Positions 13,180 to 25,985 of a stretch of DNA of 64,000 bases are shown piece by piece (position 1 is the stretch's first letter; each line of letters starts with the position of its first letter). A program made the position numbers and the translations under genes. Source of the DNA: Mobula hypostoma (lineage: Eukaryota). The notes beneath the pieces are model-generated. The model worked only from the letters and a program-made list of their open reading frames with translations, had not been told where the DNA came from and did not search any database. Location: assembly GCF_963921235.1 (NCBI RefSeq), contig NC_086108.1, forward strand, positions 18,662,001-18,726,000, read 5' to 3'.

Positions 13180-13473
13180 TTATTTATTTATAGATTCAGT
13201 GTGGAACAGACCCTTCTGGCCTTTGAGCCATGCTGTCCAGCAACCCCCAATTAAACCCTAGTCTAATCACAAGGCAAATTACAATCACCAATTAATCTAC
13301 GAACCAGTACATTCTTTGGACTGTGGGAGGAAATCAGAACACCTGGGGAAAACCCAGGCATTCCATGGGGAGGACATACAGACTCTGTACAGAGGATGCA
13401 AGAATCGTACTCCAAATTCTGACTCCCCGAGCTGTGATAGCATCGCACTAACCACTGCGCTATCGTGGTGCCC
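13180..13473 (-). mobile_element. tRNA-derived SINE (HE1/V-SINE-like)
   Basis: Minus-strand head GGGCACCACGATAGCGCAGTGGTTAG (A-box); central GGGTTTTCCCCAGGTGTTCTGATTTCCTCCCACAGTCCAAAGA resembles the V domain; (TAAA)n tail. Confidence 0.75.
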
Positions 13474-15551
13474 AAACCAGAACTTACTGGGTCAAACAGC
13501 ATCTGTGGGGGCAAAAGGTGTCAGTCAAACTTTCAGGTCCAGATTCAGTCCTGTCAATGTCTGAAATGTCTACATAAAACTCTTGCCTCATAAATGATCC
13601 TCATTTATTCTTGAATCAATGCTCCAATTTATTCTTATTGCTATAATATCTTCAACACCTACCTGTAAGGGTAACGTGGATGTCAGAGTAACACCTCATT
13701 GGGAAAGTACCACCTCCTTTAGGGTGGTACTGGAATATCAGCCTCATCTTTATGTTAAGCCTCTCAAGAGGGATTTCTACCCTTGATACTTTAACCCCAA
13801 GCTTTAAGAGTGCCTATAAATCACCACTATCTTCAGTGACTTAAGGGGAAAGCCCAAGAAAGATGATCTTAAGCCTATGGTCCTAATGTACATAAGCAAT
13901 AAGAGGGTGATAGTTGACCAAGGTATAACCCTTGTCACATTGCCTTGGCCAAGCCAGCTTTAATTGGGTAAGTAGAAAAGCAGGTGGGAAGCTTGGGAGG
14001 AGAGCATTGGATGAGGGGGAAAGCCAAAAAAAGAAAACAAGGTCTGGAAATGCAAAATAGAAGCACCCAGCATCTGGGGAGGGGGGAGGGGGGGGAGAGA
14101 CAGAGACAGACAGAGACAGACTGTAGCAACGTTTTATATCCATGAAGGACTAGAAAAATAAGAAAACTGATGTATCTTATGCTGCAGTTAGAGCAAGGTT
14201 TGGACAGAGCAGAATGAATGTCTGTGATGGAGTGAAGCCAAGTTGACACTGTGCTGTCGAAGAGAAGCGAGAGTATACCAGTTAGTCATAGCTGATAAAT
14301 CTAGAGCCGGGACACTGAAGGGAAATTGCAAGACATTAGAATTGCTGCAACTCATCAAGTTATGTGTGCAGTTTTAATTGGTGAAGGAGATGAAACGTTA
14401 AAGGTGAAAGATGGGAAAATTATTGCTTCACTAGAACTGCTCACCAGATGGAATCAATGCCAAGCAAGTCAAGAGTGTGGCAGGTTTATAGATGATAATC
14501 CACATTTAATCTTTTTTTACAGACTTAAAACTATCTTTAAAACTAATGTAGTTCTGCCATAACGTATTTTCATAATGCAGATTGGTTATAATGAGATTGA
14601 TGGATTCAGAAACACTATTTGCATTACACAAGTCACATTGATTATAGTGTGATAACAATCAGGAAACCTATTTAAATCAATGCTTTGAAGGCAACTACAG
14701 CTGTCCTGTTGTAATACAACTTTTTATAAAGCAACATTTCTTACAATTGCATTACAGCAGAACTACCTGTATCCCTATAATACCCTGTGTACAATAACTC
14801 ACAATTATGCAAGAATTCCTGCGAAAAATATGCTCTCTCTTTTCCTTACATATACTCCCTCTGCACAGTTCTTCTTTCCTCTTGGAATTGGTTTCACTCT
14901 TCACTTGCTCCAGTGCAGTACAAGTCTGGTCCAAAATAGGCAGTGACTCTCATCATTGGAAGCAGTGTAGATGAAAACCCTTTGGTTGTTGTGGAAGAGA
15001 GTTGACACTTTTTCTAACACTATCACTGCCTCAAGCCTGTTGACAAGGAATGATGAAGATTAAGACTATTAGGAATGCAGGTTCCACTACAGAAGAGGTT
15101 GAATATATTATATGACACAAAGAATACATCAGAGAGAATGAAAACGTGATTCTGTTGTCCATGTTCTGGTGAAGGTGCTGACCTATAAAGCATTCAGTTC
15201 ACATTGCTTTTCCCTTCCCTGCATCAAAGCAGCAATCTGTATATGACCACAGATGCAGAGCATTTTCTCCACTGTAAACATCACTGAGACACCCTGAAGT
15301 GATGAGAGATGATAGAATGAAGGACTTTTTGAAGGCCTTGTGTATCCTTCTGCTTATAGTAGGGATCTCATTACCTGTCCCTCAGTATTGGTTGTATCAG
15401 AAAAGAACAGCAGTAAATGGAAAATAGAGAACATGGAGTAGAAAGCAAGCCATTATCCATTGTACGCATTGCTAACTAGAATGGCAACTCACAATGGGCA
15501 ACACTTTGGTTTGTGTGGGATGCACTCAGATTTGAACCCCTGTCTTATATG

Positions 15552-16005
15552 CACTCAGTGGCCACTTTATTAGGCATCTCCTGTATATAATAAAGTGGCC
15601 ACTAAGTGTAATGTTCATGGTCTTCTACTGCTGTAGCTCATCTGCTTCAAGACTCGATGTGTTGTGTGTTCAGATGTTCTCCTGCACATCACTGTTGTAA
15701 CACATGGTTATTTGAGTCACTGTCGACTTCCCGTCAGCTTGAACCAGTCTGGCCATTCTCCTTTGACCTCTCTCATTCACAAGGCACCTTCACCCTCAGA
15801 AATGCTGTTCACAGGATGGTTTTTGTTTTTTTACACCATAAACTCTAGAGCAGGGGTTCCCAACCTGGGGTCTGTGGACCCCTTGCTTAATGGTATTGGT
15901 CCGTGGCATAAAAAGGGTTGGGAACCCCTGCTCCAGAGTCTGTTTTGTGTAAAAATCCCAGCAGATCAACAATTTCTGAGATACTCAAAACACTCCGTCT
16001 GGCAC
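15552..16005. mobile_element. Tc1/mariner-like non-autonomous remnant
   Basis: CACTCAGTGGCCACTTTATTA (15552-15572) with its inverted copy TAATAAAGTGGCCACTAAGTG (15588-15608); assignment to fish Tc1-type termini is from recall. Confidence 0.55.
15851..15930. mobile_element. 80-bp hAT-type MITE
   Basis: TIRs CAGGGGTTCCCAACC / GGTTGGGAACCCCTG; 8-bp TSD CTCTAGAG / CTCCAGAG. Confidence 0.88.
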
Positions 16006-16131
16006 ACATACAGACACATAGATACACACCAATGCATAGACATTCAGATGCAAACACGTACACACATGTGCACATGCACAAAAATACAGACATGTGCACA
16101 AACATACAGATACACACATGCACGCACACAC
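16005..16131. repeat. Degenerate (CA)n microsatellite
   Basis: CACATACAGACACATAGATACACAC...CACGCACACAC. Confidence 0.85.
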
Positions 16132-16842
16132 GTTAGTGTACTGAGCAATATAACATCCACTGATGCCAAATACTGCAGATCATAATTAATAGGCTCATTT
16201 CTACATGCAAGAGTTCCCCACCCCTGCAATAATTAATCAGCTGGCATATTTCTTAACAATGAGACTTTATCAAAGTTACAAAGTATAACACTACATTATA
16301 TCATCACTTAAATTAAAATTCTGTTCCTTGCCATATAATCATTCATACCTTGCCTATTTACTGCTCAAGTTTGTCTCCTGTACATGGATCTTTCATCGCA
16401 GCCTAGGCTAGTCTGACCTGAATCATCCGGCCTCTGCAAGAAGTTCACACGTATATGTGAGCAGGACCAGGCAGCAAGAGGCAGTTTTTGACACTCAAAT
16501 TACAGGTTTGAGAGAACCAAGAAAACTTTGTAGGTAAACATATTGAGAGAGGAAGGAGACCATGATGCATCTTGTACATTTTCTATAATTCAACATCTCT
16601 TTGATTTTCTGTCTGTATTTTTTTTTTGACTATCCACAAGACTGAAAATCACAATGTAACGACAAAAATATCCAGAGTCTAGATTCATCCCAAAAGGCTT
16701 TAGGCATCTTAGAGGAACAGATGGTCATTGAGTTGAAACCAAAGGAACAGCACTTCAAAATAAATGTGCAGCTCCTTCAAAGGAAGCCATAAATGTGTGG
16801 CTAAGATCACTTTGTTTACAGAATTGCATTTCTTCAGTAATA

Positions 16843-16980
16843 ATATAACCATATAACAAGTACAGCAGGGAAACAGGCCATCTCGGCCCTTCTAGTCCGT
16901 GCCGAACATTTACTCTCAACTCGTCCCACCAACCTGCACTCAGCCCATAACCCTCCATTCCCTTCCTGTCCATATAGCTC
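16843..16980 (-). mobile_element. CR1 extreme 3' end
   Basis: MDRKGMEGYGLSAG plus 3'UTR, same as 5545-5675. Confidence 0.85.
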
Positions 16981-18927
16981 AGTTCAATAGATCAATTAAC
17001 TTGGGTTTTTTCAACAAACAAAACAGAGAGTGCAACCAATGAAAGGAGGTAGGGAGGATGAATATTGGAAATTATATTTTCTTATCTAAATTCCTGCTCC
17101 ATTGCCACTGTGTTTTCCCACTGAAAATGTTTACTTGAAATGTAATTCAATTGTGACCATAATACAGAAAATGAAAGCCAACAGCAACAATGGTGGGCAT
17201 TTGAGACTAATATAATGAGGTGTGACAAAGAGGTGGGACTTTCAGACTGCTTAGATGAGGAATGGAAGTATGCAAAACAAGGGGCACTGAGAGGGGTTCT
17301 TCCTTATTGGTATATCCTTTTCATCACGAGAATAGTCAGGAATGGGTGGCCTGATTAGTGTCCAGCAGTCATGTTTCATTACCTTCTCCAGAGATTGAAC
17401 ATAAGTGTGTGAGCACTCAGGGTTTGGTTCATAGTGATCAGAGTAAAGAGAGTTGGTAGTTATTGTAAGTGTCTGCAGTTACATTAAGGTTGCTGTAACC
17501 TCTCCATGGTTAACACCATAGAATAAGAAATATGCTGTTTATTAAATCCCTCTGTTCCACAGCCAGGAGTAGTTCAATCTCCACCATTGTAAGTACAACA
17601 GTCCTACAGCATTAAGCTCTGGAACTCTGATTCAATTTCTCCCATTTCTCTGTCACCTTCTTCAAAATCTTCTTTTCTGTTCAGGCTTTCCGTCACTTGC
17701 TCTGTTATCCTCTAATGTGGTTCAGTCTTAGATTCTGCTTGATAATATTCCTGCTAAATCCCTTGCAACATTTGACAATGCTAAAGGTGTTTTGTGAAGT
17801 GCAAGGTTGTGTACAAAGCTGCCTGTACTACTACCTTCCATAAAGCATAACTATCCCTCTATCTCTATTGAAGTCAATGAAGAGAGAGACTATCCGATTA
17901 GATCCTATTCAGATTAGCATTCTTAGCATTTGTCTACCAACTGACTTCAACCAAAGTTAAAAGTTATATTTCAGCTATTGAAAAAAACTTTAATTTTATC
18001 TAACTTTGCCTTCTTGAGAAGTCGTGTCACAAATCTAGGGAGGAAAAAAAAACTTTCCCATTAAGAACCCCTGAGCATCAAACAATCATGTATGGTCTAA
18101 AGCACCACATTGCCTCAGAAACCAAGTTTATTGTCATCGACATATGTATACAATTTACAAATGCCATGAAAATTAGCTTTTTGCAGCAGCTGCAAAAGTA
18201 CATTAAAAACACGTTAACATAAACTTAAATTAACATTAACATAACATAAATAAACATAAATCATACATAAAATATTTGGAGCACTGCATACAACATTTGT
18301 CTCCTTATTTAAGAATGTTAATGACAGGAAGCAGCTTTGAAAGAGTTTTCTAGACTAATACATGAAATGAGAAGCTTGTATCTTGGGGCAAAGTTGGATA
18401 GCCTGGCTTTACATCCCCTGAAGTTTAATAAGAGAAGGCTTGAACAAAACATGAGAAGGAGAGAAGAATAGAAAATGCTGGAATCAGTCAGCAGGCCTGA
18501 TAGTCTGTGGAAAGAGAACCAGAGTTAATGTTTCAGATCAAGATTCAGCTTGATAGAATAGCAGAGAAAGTGGGAGATGAATGGGTAAAGAAAAATAAAT
18601 ATCTCTGGTAGGGTGAGACCAGGTGACTTAGTTAATTAAATTAAGAATAGATTAAACTTCTTTGTCTGTGTAATGCGTTGCCAATGTTAAGGCTATGGGG
18701 CATCCACAGCAGGTCAGACTATATAAAGAACAGCTGAGACAAAATAAAGACAGGTATAAATAGCTAGTTCTGATACTTAGAGATAAAGAGTTACCAAAGG
18801 TTGGGGGATTCAGTACTGAGTCCCTGAAGGATTCATAGAAGATGTAGTTCCTCTGGCTTGAGCTGAGGAAACAAAACAAAATCCCACAGGCAAAAGGTGA
18901 GAGAAGGAGTGGGATGGAGAAATCAGG

Positions 18928-20045
18928 TGGTAGGCAATGGAAAACTCAGGGTCATCCCAGATGGTAGGCAATGGGAAACTCAGGGTCATCCCAGATGGTA
19001 CTAGACACTAGAATACTACAGCACAGTACAGGCCTTTTGGCCTTCGATGTTGTGCCAACCCATATATTCCTTAAAAAAAAGTACTGAACCCACACTACCC
19101 CGTAACCCTCTATTTTTCTTTCATCCATGTGCCTGTCCAAGAAGCTCTTAAATACCCCTAATGTTTTAGCCTCCACCACCATCCCTGGCAAGTCATTCCA
19201 GGCACCCATAACCCTCTGGGTAAAAAACTTACCCCTGATGACTCCCCTAAACTTCCCTCCCTTAACTTTGTACATATGCCCTCTGGTATTTGCTATTCAT
19301 GCCCTGGGAAACAGGTACTGGCTATCCACCTTATCTATGCCTCTCATAATCTTGTAGACCTCTATCAAGTCCCCTCTCATCCTTCTACGCTCCAAAGAGA
19401 AAAGTCCCAGCTCTGCTAACCTTGCCTCATAAGACTTGTTTTCCAATCCAGGCAACATCCTGGTAAATCTCCTCTGCACCCTCTCCACAGCTTCCATATC
19501 CTTCCTATAATGAGGTGACCAGAACTGAACACAATACTCTAAGTGTGGTCTCACCAGAGATTTGTAGAGTTGCAACATGACCTCTCTACTTTTGAACTCA
19601 ATCCCCCTATTAGTGAAGCGTAGCATTCCATAGGCCTTCTTAACTATCCTATCAACCTGTGCAGCAACCTTGAGAGATGTATGGATTTGAACCCCCAGGT
19701 CCCTCTGTTCATCCACACTCTTAAGTAACCAACCATTAACCCTGTACTCAGCCTTCTGGTTTGTCCTTCCAAAATGCATCACCTCACACTTATCCGGATT
19801 GAACTCCATCTGCCACTTTTCTGCCCAACTCTGCATCCTGTCTATATCCTCTTGTTACCTTCGACAACCTACAGCTCTATCCACAATTCCTCCAATCTTA
19901 GTTCAACCGCAAACTTACTCACCCATCTTCATCCAGGTCATTTATAAATAGTAGGCAATGAGAAACTCAGTCATCCCTGATGGTAGGCAATGGAAAACTC
20001 AGGGTCATCCCTGATGGAAGGCAATAGGAAACAGGGTCATCCCTG
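18928..20045 (+). repeat. 34-bp minisatellite (~5 units) split by a CR1 insertion
   Basis: Unit TGGTAGGCAATGGAAAACTCAGGGTCATCCCWGA at 18928, 18962, 18996|19951, 19981 and 20015. Confidence 0.9.
19001..19950 (-). mobile_element. 5'-truncated CR1 (ORF2 C-terminus and 3'UTR)
   Basis: WAEKWQMEFNPDKCEVMHFG...LYKSLVRPHLEYCVQFWSP...RRMRGDLIEVYK; GTA on both sides. Confidence 0.93.
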
Positions 20046-20682
20046 CAGACTGAACAAAGGTGCACTGCAAAATGTATAACTAATCTGTGTTTGGTTCCTC
20101 CAACAGAGAGGAGACTATACAGTGAATGCAGTACCCAGATTGGAAACAGAGCAAGTTAATCATTGCTTGGACTGGAGAGAATGTTTGGGAATGAGTGGGG
20201 GAAAGGTTAGAGGTGAAAGGACATGTTGCACCTGTTGCTGTTGCATGGATGTGCAATGATTGTAGGCAGTGAAGTACAGTGATTTCACTGAAATCCAGTA
20301 TCTGCAGAATTTAATTTTCTGATGGGTCCTGGCAAATACCTAAGTGAGGCCAGGAGTTAGACAAGAAAGTGAAGCTGTGGTTGCAATCATAACAGCCACA
20401 ATTTTATTAAATGAGGGGTGGAATAGGTTTTACCCGCCAGGCAGTCTTTTCTTATCCCTAATCTACCTGTTAGTTTGTAAAATGTCAAAGCTCAGGATCA
20501 ATTTTTGATTGCAAATGCCACCTGTCTGATGGGAGTGAAATTGGCACTTCCAGGTCAACCATCAGTGAATTGTAACAAGCTCATACCAATTAATTATCTA
20601 CAAACCAAGGTTACCCAGGCCAAGTAGACAAAGTACCCATAAAACCAAGCAAGAGGGATGCCTTCCATTTAGGCTTGTGGAT

Positions 20683-21180
20683 CATCATTATCGTTATGTG
20701 CCGTAGGCGATCATGGTCTTCCATCTGTCTTTAATTTGAGGAGTTTGATAAGGTCTTCAAAACTTTGCTTGTTCATCCCTTGATGTAACTTATAAATGTC
20801 ATGCGCCATTCTCCGCAACTTTTTCTTCCAACAATTTTTCCCATCACTCAGCACATGTCCCAGAAGTTTCAGCTGCTCTTTCCTGATTGATGATATCAGC
20901 TCTCTTCTTATTCTGGTTTTTCACAACACTTCCCCATCTGAGAGGAAGGCCTGTGGATACTGATGAATAAATCCCAAATGCAATTCTATTTTGATGCACT
21001 GATAGAGATCAGCATACAAAATCTGATTCTAACCAAAGACCTTTTTTCCAAAATCAATAGTGCTCAGTTTATGACACAACAGTATTTCAACTTGTGTTCG
21101 AGAAATACCTTTGACACCTTAGTATTCTTATCCAGCTTCCACATGATAAGTTGCTCCAAAGGTTGCTCACTGTTATGACA
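20683..21180 (-). mobile_element. Decayed RTE-like LINE 3' fragment
   Basis: Minus strand ELISSIRKEQLKLLGHVL, typical of the RTE ORF C-terminus; short (TGA)-like tail. Confidence 0.5.
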
Positions 21181-22197
21181 TACCTCATACCCAAGATGCA
21201 CTTTGTGGTTTTACTTCTGCAAAGTTTTGCCTTGCAATGACAAGTCTCACTAGACTAATAACTTTTAATTATCTTAATAGTTACACAAGATGAGTCATTT
21301 TGATGTAATGTGGTGGAGCACAGAGGGACTGAAATTAAGGAGTAACTAGGCACAGGAATAAATTTGATTTATTAGATTTTTCTTGACTCCCATCTCCTCA
21401 ACTGTCTATGCACACTGCACCATTATCCACTCCTACATCAAATATCTCTCCTTCCTTCCCACAACTCTACATTTGACACCTTCTAATCAAGGTTCCATTT
21501 CTCCTGTAGCCCTTATATTGAAAGCTCTTATCAATATCCAAAATGACAATAAACATGAAGATTAAAAATGAGCTTTATATCTAACATTTACATTAAAGCA
21601 TCAAAGCACATGGTGAAATGCATAGTTTACTCCAGCTCAAATCAGTGACGATTGTGCTGGATAGCCCACAGGTGTCGCCATGCTTTCAGTGCCAACATAG
21701 CATTGGAGTTGTCAGATATCTTGCTTGATGTCCATTCATTGCTGGGCTGATGATATCTATTCCTGGATATCTATTATATCTACATAGCACTTGGGAAGCC
21801 AGGTCCATTGACTATTTCCAGTTGTGTAAAAGGGATTGAATAGATCTGTAGATGCTTTGATAAAAGACAGCAAATGGGAGAGTCCAGGAGTGACCTCACT
21901 GAACCTTTTTCAAATGAGGGCCTTCTTGGTTCAATCCTTCCTTCAATTATAACTGGACAGATTTCATCCCATGTACATATTTTGCACCTTATGCTTCTTT
22001 GATTAAAATGTGGAAATAAGACCATTAGACCATAACATATAGGAGCAGAATTAGGCCATTTGGCCCACTTAGTCTGCTCCGCTATTCCATCATGGCTTGT
22101 TTATTATCCCTCACAACCCCATTCTCCTGCCTTCAACACCCTGACTAATCAAGAACCTGTCCACCTCAACTTATCTACCTTCAGATGTTCCAAGCAC

Positions 22198-25100
22198 CTT
22201 AGAAACCATAGAAAAACTACAGCACAGAAACAGGCCTTTTGGCCCTTCTTGACTGTGCCAAACCATTTTCTGCCTAATCCCACTGACCTGCACATGGACC
22301 ATATCCCTCCATACACCTCCCATCCATGTATCTGTCCAATTTATTCTTAAATGTTAAAAAAGAACCCGCATTTACCACCTCGTCTGGCAGCTCATTCCAT
22401 ACTCCCACCACTCTGTGTGAAGAAGCCCCCCCTAATGTTCCCTTTAAACTTTTCCCCCCCTCACACTTAACCCATGTCCTCTGGTTTTTTTTCTCCCCTT
22501 ACCTCAGTGGAAAAAGCCTGCTTGCATTCACTATCTATACCCATCGTAATTTTATATACCTCTATCAAATCTCCCTTCATTCTTCTATGCTCCAGGGAAT
22601 AAAGTCCTAACCTATTCAACCTTTCTCTGTAACTGAGTTTCTCAAGTCCCAGCAACATCCTTGTAAACCTTCTCTGCACTCTTTCAACCTTATTTATATC
22701 CTTCCTGTAATTTGGTGACCAAAACTGAACACAATACTCACCAATGCCTTATACAACCTCATCATAACATTCCAGCTCTTATACTCAATACTTTGATTAA
22801 TAAAGGACAATGTACCAAAAGCTCCCTTTATGACCCTATCTACCTGTGACGCCACTTTTAGGGAATATTGTATCTGTTTTCCCAGATCCCTCTGTTCTAC
22901 TGCACTCCTCAGTGCCTTACCATTAACCCTGTATGTTCTACCTTGGTTTGTCCTTCCAATGTGCAATACCTCACACTTGTCTGTATTAAATTCCATCTAC
23001 CATTTTTCAGCCCATTTTTCCAGCTGGTCCAAGTCCCTTTGCAGGCTCTGAAAACCTTCCTCACTGTCTACTACACCTCCAATCTTTGTATCATCAGCAA
23101 ACTTGCTGATCCAATTTACCACATTATCATCCAGGTCATTGATATAGATGACAAATAACAATGGACCCAGCACTGATCCCTGTGGCACACCACTAGTCAC
23201 AGGCCTCCACTCAGAGAAGCAATTCTCTACCACCAGTCTCTGGCTTCTTCCATCGAGCCAATGTCTAATCCAATTTACCACCTCTCCATGTATAACTAGT
23301 GACTGAATTTTCCTAACTAACCTCCCATGCAGGACCTTGTCAAAGGCCTTACTGAAGTCCATGTAGACAATATCCACTGCCTTCCCTTTATCCACTTTCC
23401 TGGTAACCTCCTCGAAAAATTCTAATAGATTGGTCAAACATGACCTACCACGCACAAAGCCATGTTGACTCTCCCTAATAAGCCCCTGTCTATCCAAATG
23501 CTTGTAGATTCTGTCTTAGTACTCCCTCCAATAACTTACCTACTACCGATGTTAAACTTACTGGCCTATAATTTCCCAGATTACTTTTCGATCCTTTTTT
23601 AAACAATGGAACAACATGAGCCACTCTCCAATCCTCCGGCACCTCACCTGTAGACAGCGACATTTTAAATATTTCTGCCAGGGCCCCTGCAATTTCAACG
23701 CTAGTTTCCTTCAAGGTCCGAGGGAACACCCTGTCAGGTCCCAGGGATTTATCCACTTTAATTTTCCTCAAGACAGCAAGGACCTCCTCCTTTTCAATCT
23801 GTACAGTTTCCATGATCTCACTACTTGTTTCCCTTAATTCCATAGACTTCATGCCAGTTTCCTTAGTAAATACAGACGCAAAAAATCTATTTAAGATCTC
23901 CCCCATTTCCTTTGGTTCCACACATAGCCGACCACTCTGATCTTAAAGAGAACCAATTTTATCCCTTACAATCCTTTTGCTCTCAATATACCTGTAAAAG
24001 CTCTTTGGATTATCCTTCACTTTGACTGCCAAGGCAACCTCATGTCTTCTTTTAGCCCTCCTGATTTCTTTCTTAAGTATTTTCTTGCACTTCTTATACT
24101 CCTCAAGCACCTTATTTACTCCCTGTTTCCTATACATGTCATACAACCCCCTCTTCTTCTTTATCAGAGTGGCAATATCCCTTGAGAACCAAGGTTCCTT
24201 ATTCCTATTCACTTTGCCTTTAATCCTGACAGGAACATACAAATTCTGCACTCTCAAAATTTCTCCTTTGAAGGCTTCCCACCTACCAATCACATCCTTG
24301 CCAGAGATCAACCTGTCCCAATCCTTGCTTTTTAGATCCTTTCTCATTTCTTCAAATTTGGCCTTCTTCCAGTTAAGAACCTCAACTCTAGGACCAGATC
24401 TATCCTTGTCCATGATCAAGTTGAAACTAATGGTGTCATGATCACTGGAGCCAAAGTGCTCCCCTACACAGACTTCCGTCACTTGTCCTAACTCGTTTCC
24501 TAACAGGAGATCCAATATTGCCTCCCCTCTAGTTGGTTCCTCTATATATATTGATTTAGAAAACTTTCCTGAACACATTTTACAAACTCTAAGCCATCTA
24601 GACCCCTAACAGTATGGGAGTCCCAATCGATATATGGAAAATTAAAATCCCCTACCACCACAACTTTATGTTTCCTGCAGTTGCCTGCTATCTCTCTGCA
24701 GATTTACTCTTCCAATTCTCGTTGACTATTGGATGGTCTGTAATACAATCCCACTAATGTGACCATACCTTTCCCGTTTCTCAGCTCCACCCATAAGGAC
24801 TCAGTAGACAAGCCCTCTAATCTGTCCTGCCTGAGCACTGCTGTAATATTTTCCCTATCAAGCAATGCTACTCCCCCACCTTTCATTCCTCTGCCTCGAT
24901 CACATCTGAAACATCGGAACCCTGGAATAATAAGCTGCCAGTCCTGCCCCTCCTGTAGCCAAGTTTCACTAGTTGCTGTAACGTCATAATTCCACGTGTC
25001 AATCCACGCCCTCAACTCATCCGCCTTCCCCGCAATACTCCTAGCATTGAAATATATACACCTCAAGATTTTTACCACCACTCACAACCTTTCTATTAGC

Positions 25101-25985
25101 AGATTTGCTTGAACTTTTAACATCATTTATTTTCACCCCAGCCACACTGTCAGTTTTGACATTCTGGTTCCCATCCCCCTGCAAATCTAGTTTAAAGCCT
25201 CCCCAATGGCACTAACAAACCTCCCTGAAAGGATATTGGTCCCCCTGTAGTTCAAGTGTAACCCGTCTCTACAGGTCCCACTTGCCCCAGAATAGGTCCC
25301 AATGATCCTGAAATCTGAAACCCTGTCCCCTACACCAGTTCCTCAGTCACTTGTTCATCCTCCAGAGAATCCTATTCTTACCCTCACTGGCACATAGCAC
25401 AGGTAGCAATCCTGAGATTACCACCCTTGAGGTCCTGTTTTTCCAACTTCCTACGAAGCTCTCTATACTCACTCTCCAGGACCTCCTCACTCTTCATTGT
25501 CATTGGTCCTCCTTTTCAATCTGTACAGTTTCCATGATCTCACTACTTGTTTCCCTTAATTCCATAGACTTCACGCCAGTTTCCTTAGTAAATACAGACG
25601 CAAAAAATCTATTTAAGATCTCCCCCATTTCCTTTGGTTCCACACATAGCCGACCACTCTGATCTTAAAGAGAACCAATTTTATCCCTTACAATCCTTTT
25701 GCTCTCAATATACCTGTAAAAGCTCTTTGGATTATCCTTCACTTTGACTGCCAAGGCAACCTCATGTCTTCTTTTAGCCCTCCTGATTTCTTTCTTAAGT
25801 ATTTTCTTGCACTTCTTATACTCCTCAAGCACCTTATTTACTCCCTGTTTCCTATACATGTCATACAACCCCCTCTTCTTCTTTACCCGACATCTGGCTG
25901 ATCACCCTCCCACTTCAGAATGTCATGCAAGCGATCAGAGACGTCCTTGACCCTGGCACCCAGGAGGCAACAAACCATCCTGGAT
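22198..25985 (-). mobile_element. CR1 family A: ORF1 3' half, full ORF2 (EN+RT) with stops/frameshifts, 3'UTR
   Basis: ORFs 24704-25081, 23943-24578, 23490-23921, 22997-23497 ([27 protein letters not shown]), 22694-22996 and 22467-22679 are collinear; ORF1 remnants at 25190-25985. Confidence 0.96.
25507..25885 (-). repeat. 379-bp local duplicate of 23785-24163 inserted into the same element's ORF1
   Basis: Offset 1722; only one difference seen (ATG/ACG at 23852/25574); shares the private TAA stop. Confidence 0.92.

Larger units (their letters stand above)
18460..20235 (-). mobile_element. Highly decayed Penelope-like remnant hosting a minisatellite and a CR1 insertion
   Basis: Tail-like AAAATGCTGGAATCAGTCAGCAGG at 18472; 20040-20230 resembles the reverse complement of the GIY-YIG region at 49080-49290. 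Confidence 0.55.

Noticed and set aside
13400..13473. tRNA gene
   Set aside because: SINE head with an A-box but no complete cloverleaf or intact B-box
13880..15300. Unique-looking region as promoter or exons
   Set aside because: Only short ORFs and a GA-rich tract; no CpG island or recognisable coding similarity
15664..16229. Cluster of ORFs up to 173 aa
   Set aside because: Produced by a Tc1 remnant, a MITE and a (CA)n repeat
18928..20045. 34-bp repeats as a CRISPR array
   Set aside because: Units are head-to-tail without unique spacers, there are no cas genes, and the context is eukaryotic
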